Positions 39,178-49,988 of a stretch of 64,000 bases of DNA are shown piece after piece. The position numbers and the translations under genes are program-made. The notes under the pieces are model-generated. The model had not been told where the DNA came from and ran no database searches. It worked only from the letters and a program-made list of their open reading frames with translations. Position 1 is the first letter of the stretch; the number at the start of each line of letters is the position of its first letter. The stretch is from Blautia sp. (GTDB taxonomy: Bacteria > Bacillota > Clostridia > Lachnospirales > Lachnospiraceae): assembly GCA_026169535.1 (NCBI GenBank), contig JAPFCU010000061.1:39538-103537 (forward strand), read 5' to 3'.

Positions 39178-40563
39178 ATGAAACGAATTTCAGGTAAATG
39201 GAAAGGTACATTTTTTCTGCTAGTCTTATCCGCATTTTTAGTCTGGGGAGGAAGCAGAGAGGTATCTGCGGCATCCAAATGCAAAGTGGTGTTTGCAAAT
39301 GCCCAGGGAGTGGTATCTACACAGACTTATCGCAACTGGGCCAGGACTGTAGAGGCAGGAGACTGGATCAAGCTTCCTAAATATTCGCAGTCAGGATACA
39401 GATGCTATTGGGTGCTGAAAAATGGAAATAAGACCTATAAATATAATCCGGGTGCTAATTATAGGATAACTAAGAATACAAAGTTCTGTCTTTACCGTTA
39501 TAAGCTGTATAATGTATGCTTTTATACAGAAAATGGTAAAAAAGAATACCTTAGTATGAGGGAACAGGCAATTAAGGGACAATACATCACTCTTCCTTCT
39601 GTTCCCCATGGAACTTCCAATAAAGGACTGGGCTGGTCTACTACAGTAAGAGGGAAAACTTATAAAAAAGCTGGTACCAAGGTAAAAGTTACCGGAAATA
39701 TGAGATTTTATCCGATTACACAGAAGATCACAGGGGTGAACCTGAGAGCATATAATGGAAAACTCTGGAAAGTGGTTCCTACCGATTCCGGGAAGAATCC
39801 GGTCTTTCCATCGGTAAATCTTGGAAGCGGAAATATGTGTCTTGGATGGTCGAGGACAAAGGGTCAGACTTCCAAACCGGAATATCTTGCCGGAGACAGA
39901 ATTCCGTCAAAATCCGGGAATTACTATATGGTAGTTTTTGGGAAGCATATGGATAAAGCGCCTACCGGTGTACGGAAACCGGAAAACCATGATGTGGTAT
40001 ATTTTGTAGGAGATTCCAGGACAATGGGAATGGCCCGTGCTCTTGGCAGCTCAGCTCCGGCAAATGTGAAATTTATTTATAAGGTTGGAGAAGGCCTGGA
40101 CTGGTTTAAAAAGACAGGCTACAATACTTTGAGAAGTAATGTATGCAAACAGTCGAAGAACAGCAGGATTGCTGTTGTGATCAATCTGGGGGCAAATGAT
40201 CTGCGCAATTACAGCGGATATACCAAATACATGCAGGCAGTTGCCAGAGACTTGAAAAAATATCGTAAAAACTGCGATATGTATTATATGTCAGTGAATC
40301 CGGTGAACAGCGCAATGATCCGCAGCTATTTAGGATGGACCAGCAGAACGGAAAATCAGGTTAAAAGTATAAATAATACACTGAAATCTGCTTTATGCAG
40401 CGGATCCAGAAGAACCTATACTTATATTGACACCTGTTCTTTCCTTCAGAGATATGGATGGATCAGCAGAGAAGGTCATGATGGACTTTGCGATGGAGTA
40501 CATTATTCAGATGCGACGTCTCTTCGGATTTATGACTATTGTATGAAAATATTGAATAGATAA
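39178..40563 (+). CDS. Secreted SGNH/GDSL hydrolase with N-terminal repeats (intact paralogue)
   Basis: GDSRT, GEG, NLGAND, DGVHY; colinear with 36214-37598. Confidence 0.85.
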   Translation: MKRISGKWKGTFFLLVLSAFLVWGGSREVSAASKCKVVFANAQGVVSTQTYRNWARTVEAGDWIKLPKYSQSGYRCYWVLKNGNKTYKYNPGANYRITKNTKFCLYRYKLYNVCFYTENGKKEYLSMREQAIKGQYITLPSVPHGTSNKGLGWSTTVRGKTYKKAGTKVKVTGNMRFYPITQKITGVNLRAYNGKLWKVVPTDSGKNPVFPSVNLGSGNMCLGWSRTKGQTSKPEYLAGDRIPSKSGNYYMVVFGKHMDKAPTGVRKPENHDVVYFVGDSRTMGMARALGSSAPANVKFIYKVGEGLDWFKKTGYNTLRSNVCKQSKNSRIAVVINLGANDLRNYSGYTKYMQAVARDLKKYRKNCDMYYMSVNPVNSAMIRSYLGWTSRTENQVKSINNTLKSALCSGSRRTYTYIDTCSFLQRYGWISREGHDGLCDGVHYSDATSLRIYDYCMKILNR

Positions 40564-40568
40564 ACGTG

Positions 40569-40603
40569 AAAAGGACAGACTGGTAAAAGGTCTGTCTTTT
40601 TTT
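40569..40603 (+). terminator. Terminator of SGNH gene
   Basis: AAAAGGACAGAC ... GTCTGTCTTTTTTT. Confidence 0.8.
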
Positions 40604-40625
40604 GTTTTGGACAAAGAAAAGCAAC

Positions 40626-40665
40626 AAAAAGAGCCATCAGATTATTTTTTCTGCTGGCTCTTTTT
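40626..40665 (-). terminator. Second terminator, serving the minus-strand small transcript
   Basis: Minus strand AAAAAGAGCCAGCAG-AAAAAATAAT-CTGATGGCTCTTTTT. Confidence 0.75.
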
Positions 40666-40732
40666 ACTGTTCATTGTCCAATGGACTTTTCCTCCTTATT
40701 AATTTTTATAAAACAAAAATGAATTTAAAACT

Positions 40733-40862
40733 TTACGTTCTCGGTGGTCCGTACCTTCCTTTCTTTTAATATATTAGGTGTTTCTATACTGTTTCTGGTG
40801 GTCTGTACCTCCTTCTGGTAAATTTGGATGATCACTTATGTTTTCGGTGGTCTCACTCCTTT
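40733..40862 (-). repeat. Three interspaced degenerate direct repeats
   Basis: AAGGAGTGAGACCACCGAAAAC, AAGGAGGTACAGACCACCAGAAAC, AAGGAAGGTACGGACCACCGAGAAC; + strand GGTGGTC at 40846, 40797, 40743. Confidence 0.85.
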
Positions 40863-40898
40863 TTGTTTATTTCTAAGTTCCTTTTGTTTTATGTATTT

Positions 40899-40927
40899 AA
40901 TATAACAGATAAATATGATTATGTCAA
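40899..40927 (-). promoter_or_regulatory. Strong sigma-A promoter
   Basis: TTGACA (40927-40922), 17 nt, TATATT (40904-40899) with TGn extension; AT-rich upstream region. Confidence 0.8.
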
Positions 40928-41119
40928 TAAGAAAAAAGAAAAAATATAAATAAATTTTATTAAAACAGTAAAAATAGACTACAGAATAAAATAAACTGAA
41001 AATTATAAGCGTATTTTATGAATAGGAAAGGAAATACGGGAGAAGATAAGATTAGCGCCGATGTACGGGAAGTGTATTTTCTTGTACAACGGAACTATTA
41101 ATTCTCAGGAGGTAAAAAT

Positions 41120-42469
41120 ATGCTGCGTTATTTGCCTGTACGAAGAGTTTATGCAAGACAAGTACTGGATTCCAGGGGAAATCCAACTGTAGAAGCAGAA
41201 GTGACCATAGGGGAAGGGATCATGGGCATCAATGGGTACACAGCCAGAGCTATGGTACCCTCCGGGGCATCTACCGGGAGATTTGAGGCAGTAGAACTTC
41301 GAGACGGAGATAAAGGCAAGTATTTGGGGCTTAGTGTAGAAAAAGCTGTGAATAATGTGAATACAAAGCTTGCAGAAGCTATATTAGGAGAAAATGCACT
41401 GGATCAGATGAATATAGACCGGCTTCTTATTGAGGCAGACGGTACAGAAAACAAGAGCAGCGCAGGTGCTAACGCTGTCCTCAGTGTTTCTATGGCTGTG
41501 GCAAGGGCGGCGGCAAAGGCTCTTAGGATACCTCTTTATCAGTATATTGGAGGATGTCATACAAAACAGATGCCGGTCCCCATGATGAATATTCTGAACG
41601 GAGGTAAGCACGCAGATAATACAGTAGATCTTCAGGAATTTATGATCATGCCCTGCGGAGCAGAAGATTTTGCTCAGGGTCTGCAGATGTGTGTGGAAAT
41701 TTATCAGCATCTGAAAATCATTCTGAAAGAGAAAAATCTGTCTACCGCTGTGGGAGATGAAGGCGGGTTTGCACCGGATCTTTCGGATTCCAGAGATGTA
41801 TTAGCCCTGCTGGTCCAGGCTTCAGAACATGCGGGATATCATCCGGGAAAAGATGTGATGATCGCTATAGATGCAGCTGCCAGTGAACTTTATGATAAAG
41901 AAAAAGGTGTGTATTATTTCCCGGGAGAAAGTCAGATGAAGGGCAGAGAAATACTCAGGGATTCTGCAGAGATGATACAATATTATGAAGGTCTTTTGGA
42001 TGAATTTCCGGTTATCTCTATCGAGGATGGATTGGAAGAAGATGATTGGGAAGGGTGGAAAAAAATGACAGAGTGTCTGGGAGACAGGATCCAGCTGGTA
42101 GGAGATGATCTTTTTGTTACTAACCAGAAGCGTCTTGCCTGTGGAATCAAACTGGGGGCGGCAAATGCTGTTCTTATAAAGGTCAACCAGATTGGTACAG
42201 TTACAGAAGCACTGGATGCTGTAAAACTGGCACAGAAAAACGGGTATCGTACAGTGATCTCTCATCGTTCTGGAGAGACGGAGGATACATTTATTGCAGA
42301 TCTGGCAGTGGCGTCAGGAGCAGGGCAGATCAAAACAGGAGCGCCCTGTCGTTCGGACAGAAATGCAAAATATAACCAGCTCCTCAGGATCGCAGAGAAT
42401 CTGGGAGAGCTGGCTGTATATGAAGATCCGTTTATTTCAGGGTGTAATACTGCAGAACCGCACCTTTAA
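41120..42469 (+). CDS. eno: Enolase
   Basis: [49 protein letters not shown]. Confidence 0.96.
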   Translation: MLRYLPVRRVYARQVLDSRGNPTVEAEVTIGEGIMGINGYTARAMVPSGASTGRFEAVELRDGDKGKYLGLSVEKAVNNVNTKLAEAILGENALDQMNIDRLLIEADGTENKSSAGANAVLSVSMAVARAAAKALRIPLYQYIGGCHTKQMPVPMMNILNGGKHADNTVDLQEFMIMPCGAEDFAQGLQMCVEIYQHLKIILKEKNLSTAVGDEGGFAPDLSDSRDVLALLVQASEHAGYHPGKDVMIAIDAAASELYDKEKGVYYFPGESQMKGREILRDSAEMIQYYEGLLDEFPVISIEDGLEEDDWEGWKKMTECLGDRIQLVGDDLFVTNQKRLACGIKLGAANAVLIKVNQIGTVTEALDAVKLAQKNGYRTVISHRSGETEDTFIADLAVASGAGQIKTGAPCRSDRNAKYNQLLRIAENLGELAVYEDPFISGCNTAEPHL

Positions 42470-44432
42470 ATTCAAAGGTCTGAGATACCTGATAAGTATC
42501 CAGAAGCCATTTGCTTTTTTCTTTTGAACTGTATTTTTCCATACGGCTTATGGTTCCTTCTCCGGCAAGGAAGGCAGGGAGTTGTTTTTCTTTGATATCA
42601 TCCATGATATAGTCCCCTGCTTCCGGTCTCAAAGACAGATCCGGAAGATCCAGAGTATAGCAGCCGGTATCCCATCGGAGGATAGAGTAAATCTCGGGAA
42701 CACCAATGCCAAATGCATAGGTGTTTTCCGGGATGTTGGCTGCAATATGAGCCGCAAAGTCATTGATTTCCTGTTTGTTGTGAAGTTCTTCCCGAAGAGC
42801 TGTATTCTGTCCATACTGGATTACATTTCCAGTACATACAGTCATAAGGATCAAAAGAGCTGTTCCGGTGAAGAAGCATCGGAAGATGTCCATGCCTTTG
42901 AACTGTTTCAGATTTTTAAAACAGAAACTGCAAAATGTTTCCATGCCTCCTTCTGCAAGCAGACATAGAAGAAGAATACAGGGAATATGAGCAATTTCCA
43001 GATTATGGTAGGCGGCTCTGTTTACAAAATAGGTAATCTGACCAAGTGAAAGTACAGCAGCTGCAAAAGCAAAACATGCGGGAAGGTATTCTTTGGACCC
43101 GGCACTGCCGTTTCCACGGAGAAACCACATATGGGAGATTCCCCATGCACAGGCAAGGAAAAGCAAAGCAATAATACTCATATAAGCACTGGCAAAATCC
43201 GGAAGATCTACTCTTAAAAGATCATCCATATAGGAGGACTGAAGTAGAGGGAATAAAAATTCACGGATTCCCATAATTGTCCCGCCGTTTGCCAGATTGT
43301 AAATTTCCACGATGCCCCAGGCACCAAGAAAACTAAGAATGATCCCTGAAATATGGAGAAAAACAGTTCGGATAACATAAGGTGCTTTATTTTCTTTGCG
43401 GCAAAGGCTTTTCAGGATCCAGAATCCGGCCCAGGCTGCCCCGCAGAAAAGTCCGCTTTCAGTGTTCCATAGTATGCCGAGAAAAACAATACCGTATCCC
43501 AGTATGCAGCTTAATCGGTTCAGCTTTTTATAGCGGGCACAAAATGCCATATAGCAGAGCATGAGGCACATAAACAGCACTCTGTGAGGCCAAAGCTGCC
43601 AGTAGATTCCGCTTCTCATGGCAAGCACAGGGAAACTTAATGCTACCGCGCCGGTGATGCGCAAAAGATCATTTTTTACGATAAAATGCAGTGCGAGGAA
43701 AGCTGCCAGAAAACTGAGAACACCTACCAGGGTGTTCAGGAGAATAAAGTCGATCAGATCTCCTCCGAGAAGCTTCATGGGCAGTTTATACAGGATTCCA
43801 TAATGTCCGTAAATGCTGGTGGTAGTTTCAGTATAAGGACTTCCATGAAGGACATTGTATATGGAATTAAAATAGGCGTTCATATGAAGCCGATCCGGCT
43901 CATTCCTGAGAAAAACTTCCGGGGTATAAAAATTGTAGCCGATCAGAAGCGTCAGCATTCCGTAAAAAGCCATCATTGCAGAAGGTTTTACAGAAACAGT
44001 GCTTTTTTTTACAAAGGAGAAAAAAAAGACAGCTTCCAAGATCAACACTGCAGCAGCCAGCCATAAAGGTATGATATGCCAGATATAACGAACAGATACA
44101 GATCCATACACTTCTGTTTCCAACTGGAACATACGGGTTAGGAACAGGATGTTCGCTGCTGACAGGATCATGACGGCAATGGTGGCCGGGTAAGGTTTAT
44201 CCAGGACAGAGGGCTTTTTTAAATGAGCCAGCAGCAGAGAAAACAGAAGATAGGCAAGACAGAATAGTATTACCGTCATTGCATAGGTAAGAAGATTGAT
44301 GTTTCCTTTGGAACTGATGGCATCTGAAAGCGTCGGGACTTTCAGACAGCATACGGCAAAACCAAAGGAAAGCGCAAGAGACAGAAGAAAAGACAAGATT
44401 TTGTTTGTTGAAGTTTTCATGGCTACACGCAT
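42432..44432 (-). CDS. Polytopic membrane protein (possibly GT-C-like), function unknown
   Basis: 666 aa, more than 10 hydrophobic helices, SIYGHYG loop; 3' end overlaps eno by 38 bp. Confidence 0.7.
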   Translation of the reverse strand: MRVAMKTSTNKILSFLLSLALSFGFAVCCLKVPTLSDAISSKGNINLLTYAMTVILFCLAYLLFSLLLAHLKKPSVLDKPYPATIAVMILSAANILFLTRMFQLETEVYGSVSVRYIWHIIPLWLAAAVLILEAVFFFSFVKKSTVSVKPSAMMAFYGMLTLLIGYNFYTPEVFLRNEPDRLHMNAYFNSIYNVLHGSPYTETTTSIYGHYGILYKLPMKLLGGDLIDFILLNTLVGVLSFLAAFLALHFIVKNDLLRITGAVALSFPVLAMRSGIYWQLWPHRVLFMCLMLCYMAFCARYKKLNRLSCILGYGIVFLGILWNTESGLFCGAAWAGFWILKSLCRKENKAPYVIRTVFLHISGIILSFLGAWGIVEIYNLANGGTIMGIREFLFPLLQSSYMDDLLRVDLPDFASAYMSIIALLFLACAWGISHMWFLRGNGSAGSKEYLPACFAFAAAVLSLGQITYFVNRAAYHNLEIAHIPCILLLCLLAEGGMETFCSFCFKNLKQFKGMDIFRCFFTGTALLILMTVCTGNVIQYGQNTALREELHNKQEINDFAAHIAANIPENTYAFGIGVPEIYSILRWDTGCYTLDLPDLSLRPEAGDYIMDDIKEKQLPAFLAGEGTISRMEKYSSKEKSKWLLDTYQVSQTFEFKGAVLQYYTLK

Positions 44433-44593
44433 CCTTTTAAAATTTAATTAATTGTTTGAAAAAGACATAAGTCTTTCTCAATATATCATCTATGAAAGAA
44501 GGATGGTTGTCAAGGATTTTAGAGAAAAACTGTTGAAATCCGGCTACCCATGTGATACAATAAGTAATAGTTGATTAGGAGGTGTAACCCAAA

Positions 44594-44830
44594 ATGGAGA
44601 TATTAAGAATTATCCTTACGGTAATTTTCGCCATAGATTGCATTGCTCTTACAATAGTAGTTCTTCTGCAGGAGGGCAAACAGCAGGGTCTTGGTTCTAT
44701 CGCAGGTGTCGCTGATACATACTGGGGTAAAAACAAGGGACGTTCTATGGAAGGTGGTCTGGTAAAAGCAACAACCATTATGGCTGTTCTGTTTTTTGTT
44801 CTGGCCATTGTTTTAAATATGAATTTCTAA
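44594..44830 (+). CDS. secG: Preprotein translocase subunit SecG
   Basis: VLLQEGK..GL..I.G, two TM helices; secG-rnr-smpB order. Confidence 0.93.
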   Translation: MEILRIILTVIFAIDCIALTIVVLLQEGKQQGLGSIAGVADTYWGKNKGRSMEGGLVKATTIMAVLFFVLAIVLNMNF

Positions 44831-44850
44831 GGATTTTGAAGAAAACGGAG

Positions 44851-44882
44851 ACACTCTTGTAAATGCACAAGAGTGTTTTTTT
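44851..44882 (+). terminator. Terminator after secG
   Basis: ACACTCTTGT-AAATGC-ACAAGAGTGT-TTTTTT. Confidence 0.85.
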
Positions 44883-44951
44883 GCCTAATCTGTGATAAAA
44901 AGTTATTGTGAACGGAGATAAAAGCAACAGAAAAAGTAAAAAGGAGTTCAA

Positions 44952-46970
44952 GTGAGCAGAAAAAAAGTCTGGGAAAAGAAAAAAAAGTTTTCGAAAGGTG
45001 ATCATAAAGTAAAGAAAAAAAATATTAAAAGTCTGGAAAAGATGGGAGTTATAAAAGAGGGAGTCTTCATTGGAAATCCCAGAGGTTTCGGATTTGTGGA
45101 GACTGGTGAAGATGAAGAGGACATCTTTATTCCTGCAGATTCAGTGAACACGGCTCTTCATCAGGATAAGGTTCAGGTTTTGCTGAAAAAAGAGCAGAAG
45201 TCCGGAAAGCGAAGAGAAGGAGTTATACTGAAGATTTTGGAACGAGGTACTGCGGAAGTGGTAGGTACGTTCCAGCGGGAAGGAGACTATGGATTTGTTG
45301 TCTGCGATAATCAGAAGCTTTCCAGGGATATTTATATTTCTGCCAGAAATTCCCATGGTGTCCGTGATGGAGAAAAGGTAGTCGCCCAGATCATAGATTA
45401 TGGAACAGAACGTCGTAAGCCGGAAGGAAAGATCACGGAAGTTCTTGGTAACATCCATGCGCCGGGAACAGATATTTTGGCGATCGTAAAGAGTCTTAAC
45501 ATTCCGTCGGAATTTCCGGTTCGTGTGATGAATCAGGCAATGCGCGTTCCGGATCATGTGCTGGATGCTGACTGGGACGGCAGAGAGGATTTTACGGGGC
45601 TTATGACAGTTACTATCGACGGAGAAGATGCAAAGGATCTGGATGATGCGGTTTCTCTTACAAAAGAAGGGAATATTTATCATCTGGGAGTTCATATTGC
45701 AGATGTGAGCAATTATGTTCAGGGTGGAAGCGCCCTTGATAAAGAAGCATTAAAAAGAGGAACCAGCGTGTATCTGGCAGACCGAGTGATTCCCATGCTT
45801 CCAGAACGTCTTTCCAATGGGATATGTTCTCTGAATCAGGGGGTGGACCGTCTTGCTCTCAGCTGTCTGATGGATATTGACGGGCAGGGAAATATTGTGG
45901 CTCATAAGATCACAGAAAGTGTGATCAGAGTAGACAGACGCATGAGTTATGAACAGGTCCGCAGTATCCTGGAGGATGGAGAGACAGAGACCAGCAGAGA
46001 ATACCGGGAATTTGTCCCCATGTTCTTTCTGATGAGAGAACTGTCTCAGCTGCTGCGCAGCAGAAGGCATCACAGAGGGTCTATTGATTTTGAGTTTCCT
46101 GAAAGTAAAATCATTCTTAACGGTGCAGGACGTGCGATCGATGTACGTCCCTATGAAGCTAACTGTGCTACGGAAATTATTGAAGATTTTATGCTGATGG
46201 CAAATGAGACGGTTGCCAGAGAGTACTGCAAGGGGGAATACCCTTTTGTATACAGAACGCATGAAAATCCAGATCCGGAAAAGGTAGAAGAGCTTCTGAC
46301 GCTTCTTCATCATCAGGGAATCCAGGTACGGAAATCCCGGGAGGAGATCACACCGAAGGAAATCCAGGAAATTCTGGAAAGTATCCAGGGACTTCCAAAT
46401 GAGACAATGATCAGCCGCCTGACGCTGAGAACAATGAAGCAGGCAAAATATACAACAGAATGCAGCGGGCATTTCGGGCTGGCGGCCAGATATTACTGCC
46501 ATTTTACTTCGCCGATCAGGAGATATCCGGATCTGCAGATCCACAGGATCATCAGAGACAACCTTCGAGGCAGACTTCAGAGAGAGGGAAAAACAGAACA
46601 TTACAGAGAGATTTTGGAGGAAGTGGCTCGTCAGTCCAGTGTTTGTGAAAGACGGGCACAGGAGGCAGAAAGAGAATCTGATAAACTGAAAAAGGCAGAG
46701 TATATGTCGTATCATCTGGGAGAAGAATTTGACGGGATTATTTCTGGTGTTACAGGATATGGACTATATGTAGAACTTTCCAATACAGTGGAAGGTCTGG
46801 TCCATGTAACCAGCCTCAGAGATGATTATTATGAGTTTGACCAGGAGGCCTATGAACTGAGGGGCCAGCTGACGAAAAAAATTTATCATCTGGGACAGAA
46901 GGTCCGTGTTCGTGTGGCAGATGCAGATGCCATGAAACGGACAGTAGATTTTACTCTTGCAGAAGAGTAA
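44952..46970 (+). CDS. rnr: Ribonuclease R
   Basis: GFGFV cold-shock domain, [25 protein letters not shown]-terminal S1. Confidence 0.95.
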   Translation: MSRKKVWEKKKKFSKGDHKVKKKNIKSLEKMGVIKEGVFIGNPRGFGFVETGEDEEDIFIPADSVNTALHQDKVQVLLKKEQKSGKRREGVILKILERGTAEVVGTFQREGDYGFVVCDNQKLSRDIYISARNSHGVRDGEKVVAQIIDYGTERRKPEGKITEVLGNIHAPGTDILAIVKSLNIPSEFPVRVMNQAMRVPDHVLDADWDGREDFTGLMTVTIDGEDAKDLDDAVSLTKEGNIYHLGVHIADVSNYVQGGSALDKEALKRGTSVYLADRVIPMLPERLSNGICSLNQGVDRLALSCLMDIDGQGNIVAHKITESVIRVDRRMSYEQVRSILEDGETETSREYREFVPMFFLMRELSQLLRSRRHHRGSIDFEFPESKIILNGAGRAIDVRPYEANCATEIIEDFMLMANETVAREYCKGEYPFVYRTHENPDPEKVEELLTLLHHQGIQVRKSREEITPKEIQEILESIQGLPNETMISRLTLRTMKQAKYTTECSGHFGLAARYYCHFTSPIRRYPDLQIHRIIRDNLRGRLQREGKTEHYREILEEVARQSSVCERRAQEAERESDKLKKAEYMSYHLGEEFDGIISGVTGYGLYVELSNTVEGLVHVTSLRDDYYEFDQEAYELRGQLTKKIYHLGQKVRVRVADADAMKRTVDFTLAEE

Positions 46971-46983
46971 GGAGGAAATGAAA

Positions 46984-47454
46984 ATGGCAAAGAAACAGGG
47001 GATCGGGCTGATCGCAAACAATAAAAAAGCATTTCATGATTATTTTATAGAGGATACTTATGAGGCTGGGATCGCGCTTGCGGGAACGGAGGTAAAATCT
47101 CTTCGCAGCGGAAAATGCAGTATTAAGGAATCTTTTATCAGAGTGGAACGGGGAGAAGTATATATTTATGGGATGCATATCAGCCCATATGAAAAAGGAA
47201 ACATATTCAACAAGGATCCTCTTCGCGTGAGAAAACTTCTTCTCCACAGATATGAGATCAATAAGATTGAGGGAAAACTGAAAGAAAAGGGGCTTACCCT
47301 TGTTCCGTTAAAAGTTTATTTTAAGGACAGTCTTGTTAAGGTGGAAATCGGCATGGCACGAGGAAAGAAGCTTTATGACAAGCGTCAGGACATTGCCAAA
47401 AAAGATCAGAGAAGGGAAGCTGAGAGAGATTTTAAAGTGAAAAATCTTTTCTGA
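46984..47454 (+). CDS. smpB: SsrA-binding protein
   Basis: [30 protein letters not shown]. Confidence 0.97.
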   Translation: MAKKQGIGLIANNKKAFHDYFIEDTYEAGIALAGTEVKSLRSGKCSIKESFIRVERGEVYIYGMHISPYEKGNIFNKDPLRVRKLLLHRYEINKIEGKLKEKGLTLVPLKVYFKDSLVKVEIGMARGKKLYDKRQDIAKKDQRREAERDFKVKNLF

Positions 47455-47535
47455 TCCCATGAAAAAACTGTTGCTGTAAACGGAATGAATATTAACGAAA
47501 AGTCTTAAAATTGTATGAACTTATCGGACATTTAG

Positions 47536-47563
47536 TTGACAAGAAAGAGATACTAAGTATAAT
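47536..47563 (+). promoter_or_regulatory. Sigma-A promoter
   Basis: TTGACA-16-TATAAT. Confidence 0.7.
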
Positions 47564-47618
47564 TAAAGTAATGAAACTATGATTTAATATTCCATTATTA
47601 TGAATGGGAGGCTATTAT

Positions 47619-48536
47619 ATGAAAAAAAAATATCTTGTAGCAGTAGGTCTTCTAGTACTTGCAGCAGCCACAGGATGTGGAAAATCAAAGAATGAAGAGG
47701 TTCAGAAGCCGGCACAGGTAACGCCTACGGCAACTCCTGCAGTAACTCAGTCTGCGGACCTTGTAGATATGGAAGTGGTGGAAGAAGAAAACGTTATGGG
47801 TGAAAAAACTTCCACAGCATCCAAAGTCACCATTGTTAATCGAACCGGTTCTGAGGTAGGAGCTATTTATATCCGTCAGCATGTATCGGATGATGGAGAC
47901 GATGATGAATGGGGTGAAGATCTGGTTGATGGTCAGTTTACCCTGAAAAACGGAGAGGAGGCAGTTTACTACTATAAAAAGCCGTCCTCCGCAGGAATCA
48001 CCTATGATATCCGCATTACCTATACAGAAGAGGATAAAAATGAATGCTTTTTCCGTGACCTGCCTCTGGCATCTATTCGCCAGATTACCCTGCGTATGAG
48101 CGGAACAGGAGAGGAAAGCATTCCTTATGCCACTTATATGACAACTACCGGTAAGAAGGAAGTTTCTACTCTTGAGGATGTGAAGAGAAGATTAGGGCTG
48201 ACAGAAGACGAAGATGATACGGACGATGAAGACGAAAATGAAACTCCGGCTCCTACTTCAGCTCCAAATCCTACTGCAGCACCCGAACCGACCCAGGCGC
48301 CGGATAGTGGAGATGATTCCAATAATACGCAGCCTACAGATGATACGATAGATACGGCAACAGGCTATATTGGTCAGTCTATGGATGATCTGATCGGAGC
48401 AATCGGATCTCCGCAGTATGATGAATATGAAGAGGAGCCTGATACAGGAAAAACAGGATATCATTATTATCCTAACTTTACGGTATCCACTACAGTAGAT
48501 GAGAATGGCAATGAGATTGTTACCGGTATCTGGTAA
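47619..48536 (+). CDS. Acidic lipoprotein, unknown function
   Basis: Lipobox AATG-C; Asp/Glu- and Pro/Thr-rich linkers. Confidence 0.75.
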   Translation: MKKKYLVAVGLLVLAAATGCGKSKNEEVQKPAQVTPTATPAVTQSADLVDMEVVEEENVMGEKTSTASKVTIVNRTGSEVGAIYIRQHVSDDGDDDEWGEDLVDGQFTLKNGEEAVYYYKKPSSAGITYDIRITYTEEDKNECFFRDLPLASIRQITLRMSGTGEESIPYATYMTTTGKKEVSTLEDVKRRLGLTEDEDDTDDEDENETPAPTSAPNPTAAPEPTQAPDSGDDSNNTQPTDDTIDTATGYIGQSMDDLIGAIGSPQYDEYEEEPDTGKTGYHYYPNFTVSTTVDENGNEIVTGIW

Positions 48537-48580
48537 ACTCTCTCTTATGATGTAAGAACGAAAGGGAAAAGGTAAAGGAT

Positions 48581-49276
48581 ATGAAACGTATTTTGTTAAA
48601 GTTAAGCGGAGAAGCTCTTGCAGGAGCTAAAAAGACCGGATTTGATGAAGAGACTGTTATCGCAGTGGCAAAGCAGATTCGTACTATTGCTGAAGAAGGT
48701 ACCCAGACCGGTATTGTTATTGGAGGAGGAAATTTCTGGAGAGGTCGTACCAGTGAGACTATCGACCGCAACAAGGCGGATCAGATCGGTATGCTTGCTA
48801 CAGTGATGAACTGCATTTACGTATCAGATATCTGCAGATACCTGGGGCTTGAAACAGAAATCTTTACTCCGTTTGTATGCGGAGCATTTACAAAGCTTTA
48901 TTCCAAGGATGCCGTAGAGGAGGCGTTTAAAGCTGGTAAGATTCTGTTTTTTGCCGGTGGTACAGGTCATCCGTATTTCTCTACAGATACAGCGACTGTA
49001 CTGAGGGCTGTAGAAATCGAGGCAGAAGCTATCCTTCTTGCCAAGGCAGTAGATGGAATCTATGACAGTGATCCGAAGCTGAATCCGGAAGCGGTAAAAT
49101 ATGATGAAATTTCGATTGAGGAGGTCGTTGACAAGAAACTTGCAGCGATGGACCTTACAGCATCTATTATGTGTCTGGAACAGAAAATGCCGATGCTGGT
49201 TTTCGGACTGGAGGAAGAGAACAGCATTGTAAATGCAGTTCATGGTAAATTTACAGGAACAAAAGTGACGGTTTAA
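48581..49276 (+). CDS. pyrH: UMP kinase
   Basis: LLKLSGEAL, GGGNFWRG, PYFSTD. Confidence 0.97.
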   Translation: MKRILLKLSGEALAGAKKTGFDEETVIAVAKQIRTIAEEGTQTGIVIGGGNFWRGRTSETIDRNKADQIGMLATVMNCIYVSDICRYLGLETEIFTPFVCGAFTKLYSKDAVEEAFKAGKILFFAGGTGHPYFSTDTATVLRAVEIEAEAILLAKAVDGIYDSDPKLNPEAVKYDEISIEEVVDKKLAAMDLTASIMCLEQKMPMLVFGLEEENSIVNAVHGKFTGTKVTV

Positions 49277-49335
49277 ATGCCGCATATAAAAGCAGCAGAG
49301 CTGCAATAAAAACACGGAGAGGGAGATTATAAAAA

Positions 49336-49887
49336 ATGGATGAAAGAGTTCAGAAGTATGACAGCAAAATGACAAAAACTTTAAGCGGATTTGAGGCGGA
49401 GCTTTCTACTATCCGCGCAGGACGTGCGAATCCACACATTCTTGATAAGATTACCGTAGATTATTACGGCAGTCCGACACCGCTTCAGCAGGTAGCGAAT
49501 GTCACTGTACCGGAAGCACGTATGATTCAGATCCAGCCATGGGAATCCAGTATCATTAAAGATATTGAAAAGGCGATCATGGTATCTGATCTGGGACTGA
49601 ATCCAAGCAATGATGGAAAAATCATTCGCCTTGTTCTTCCGGAACTGACAGAAGAACGTCGTAAAGAGCTTGTGAAAGATGTAAAGAAAAAGGGCGAAGC
49701 AGCAAAGGTTGCTGTGCGTAATGTCCGCAGAGATGCAAATGATGCATTTAAGAAACTTACTAAACAGGATGTATCTGAGGATGAAGTGAAAGATCTGGAA
49801 GATCAGGTTCAGAAACTGACAGACAAATACATCAAGGATATTGAGGCAGCAGTAGACAAAAAATCAAAAGAGATCCTTACTGTGTAA
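49336..49887 (+). CDS. frr: Ribosome recycling factor
   Basis: IRAGRANP, LTEERRKEL, VRNVRRDAN. Confidence 0.98.
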   Translation: MDERVQKYDSKMTKTLSGFEAELSTIRAGRANPHILDKITVDYYGSPTPLQQVANVTVPEARMIQIQPWESSIIKDIEKAIMVSDLGLNPSNDGKIIRLVLPELTEERRKELVKDVKKKGEAAKVAVRNVRRDANDAFKKLTKQDVSEDEVKDLEDQVQKLTDKYIKDIEAAVDKKSKEILTV

Positions 49888-49898
49888 TCAGTAGGAAT

Positions 49899-49934
49899 GA
49901 AGAAGGAGAGCTGTAAAAAATAGCTCTCCTTCTT
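49899..49934 (+). terminator. Hairpin after frr
   Basis: AAGAAGGAGAGCT ... AGCTCTCCTTCTT. Confidence 0.7.
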
Positions 49935-49988
49935 GCCATAACATCAGAATACATAAGATTTAAAGACTGTATGCAGAGAGGTGCAGAA

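Larger units (their letters stand above)
40626..40892 (-). ncRNA. Candidate small RNA composed of SD-GACCACC repeat units
   Basis: Bounded by a consensus promoter and a terminator; no ORF above about 20 codons; 3 degenerate repeats plus a fourth SD unit. Confidence 0.6.

Noticed and set aside
40733-40862. Repeats read as a CRISPR array (+ strand units start GTT(T/C), spacers about 25-30 nt)
   Set aside because: Only three units, too degenerate, low-complexity A/T spacers and no cas genes in the window; kept as a repeat/sRNA candidate instead
45750-46715. 321-aa antisense ORF, and similar ones at 1035-1862, 52170-53102 and 61921-62634
   Set aside because: Lie opposite well-supported housekeeping genes; typical codon-bias shadows
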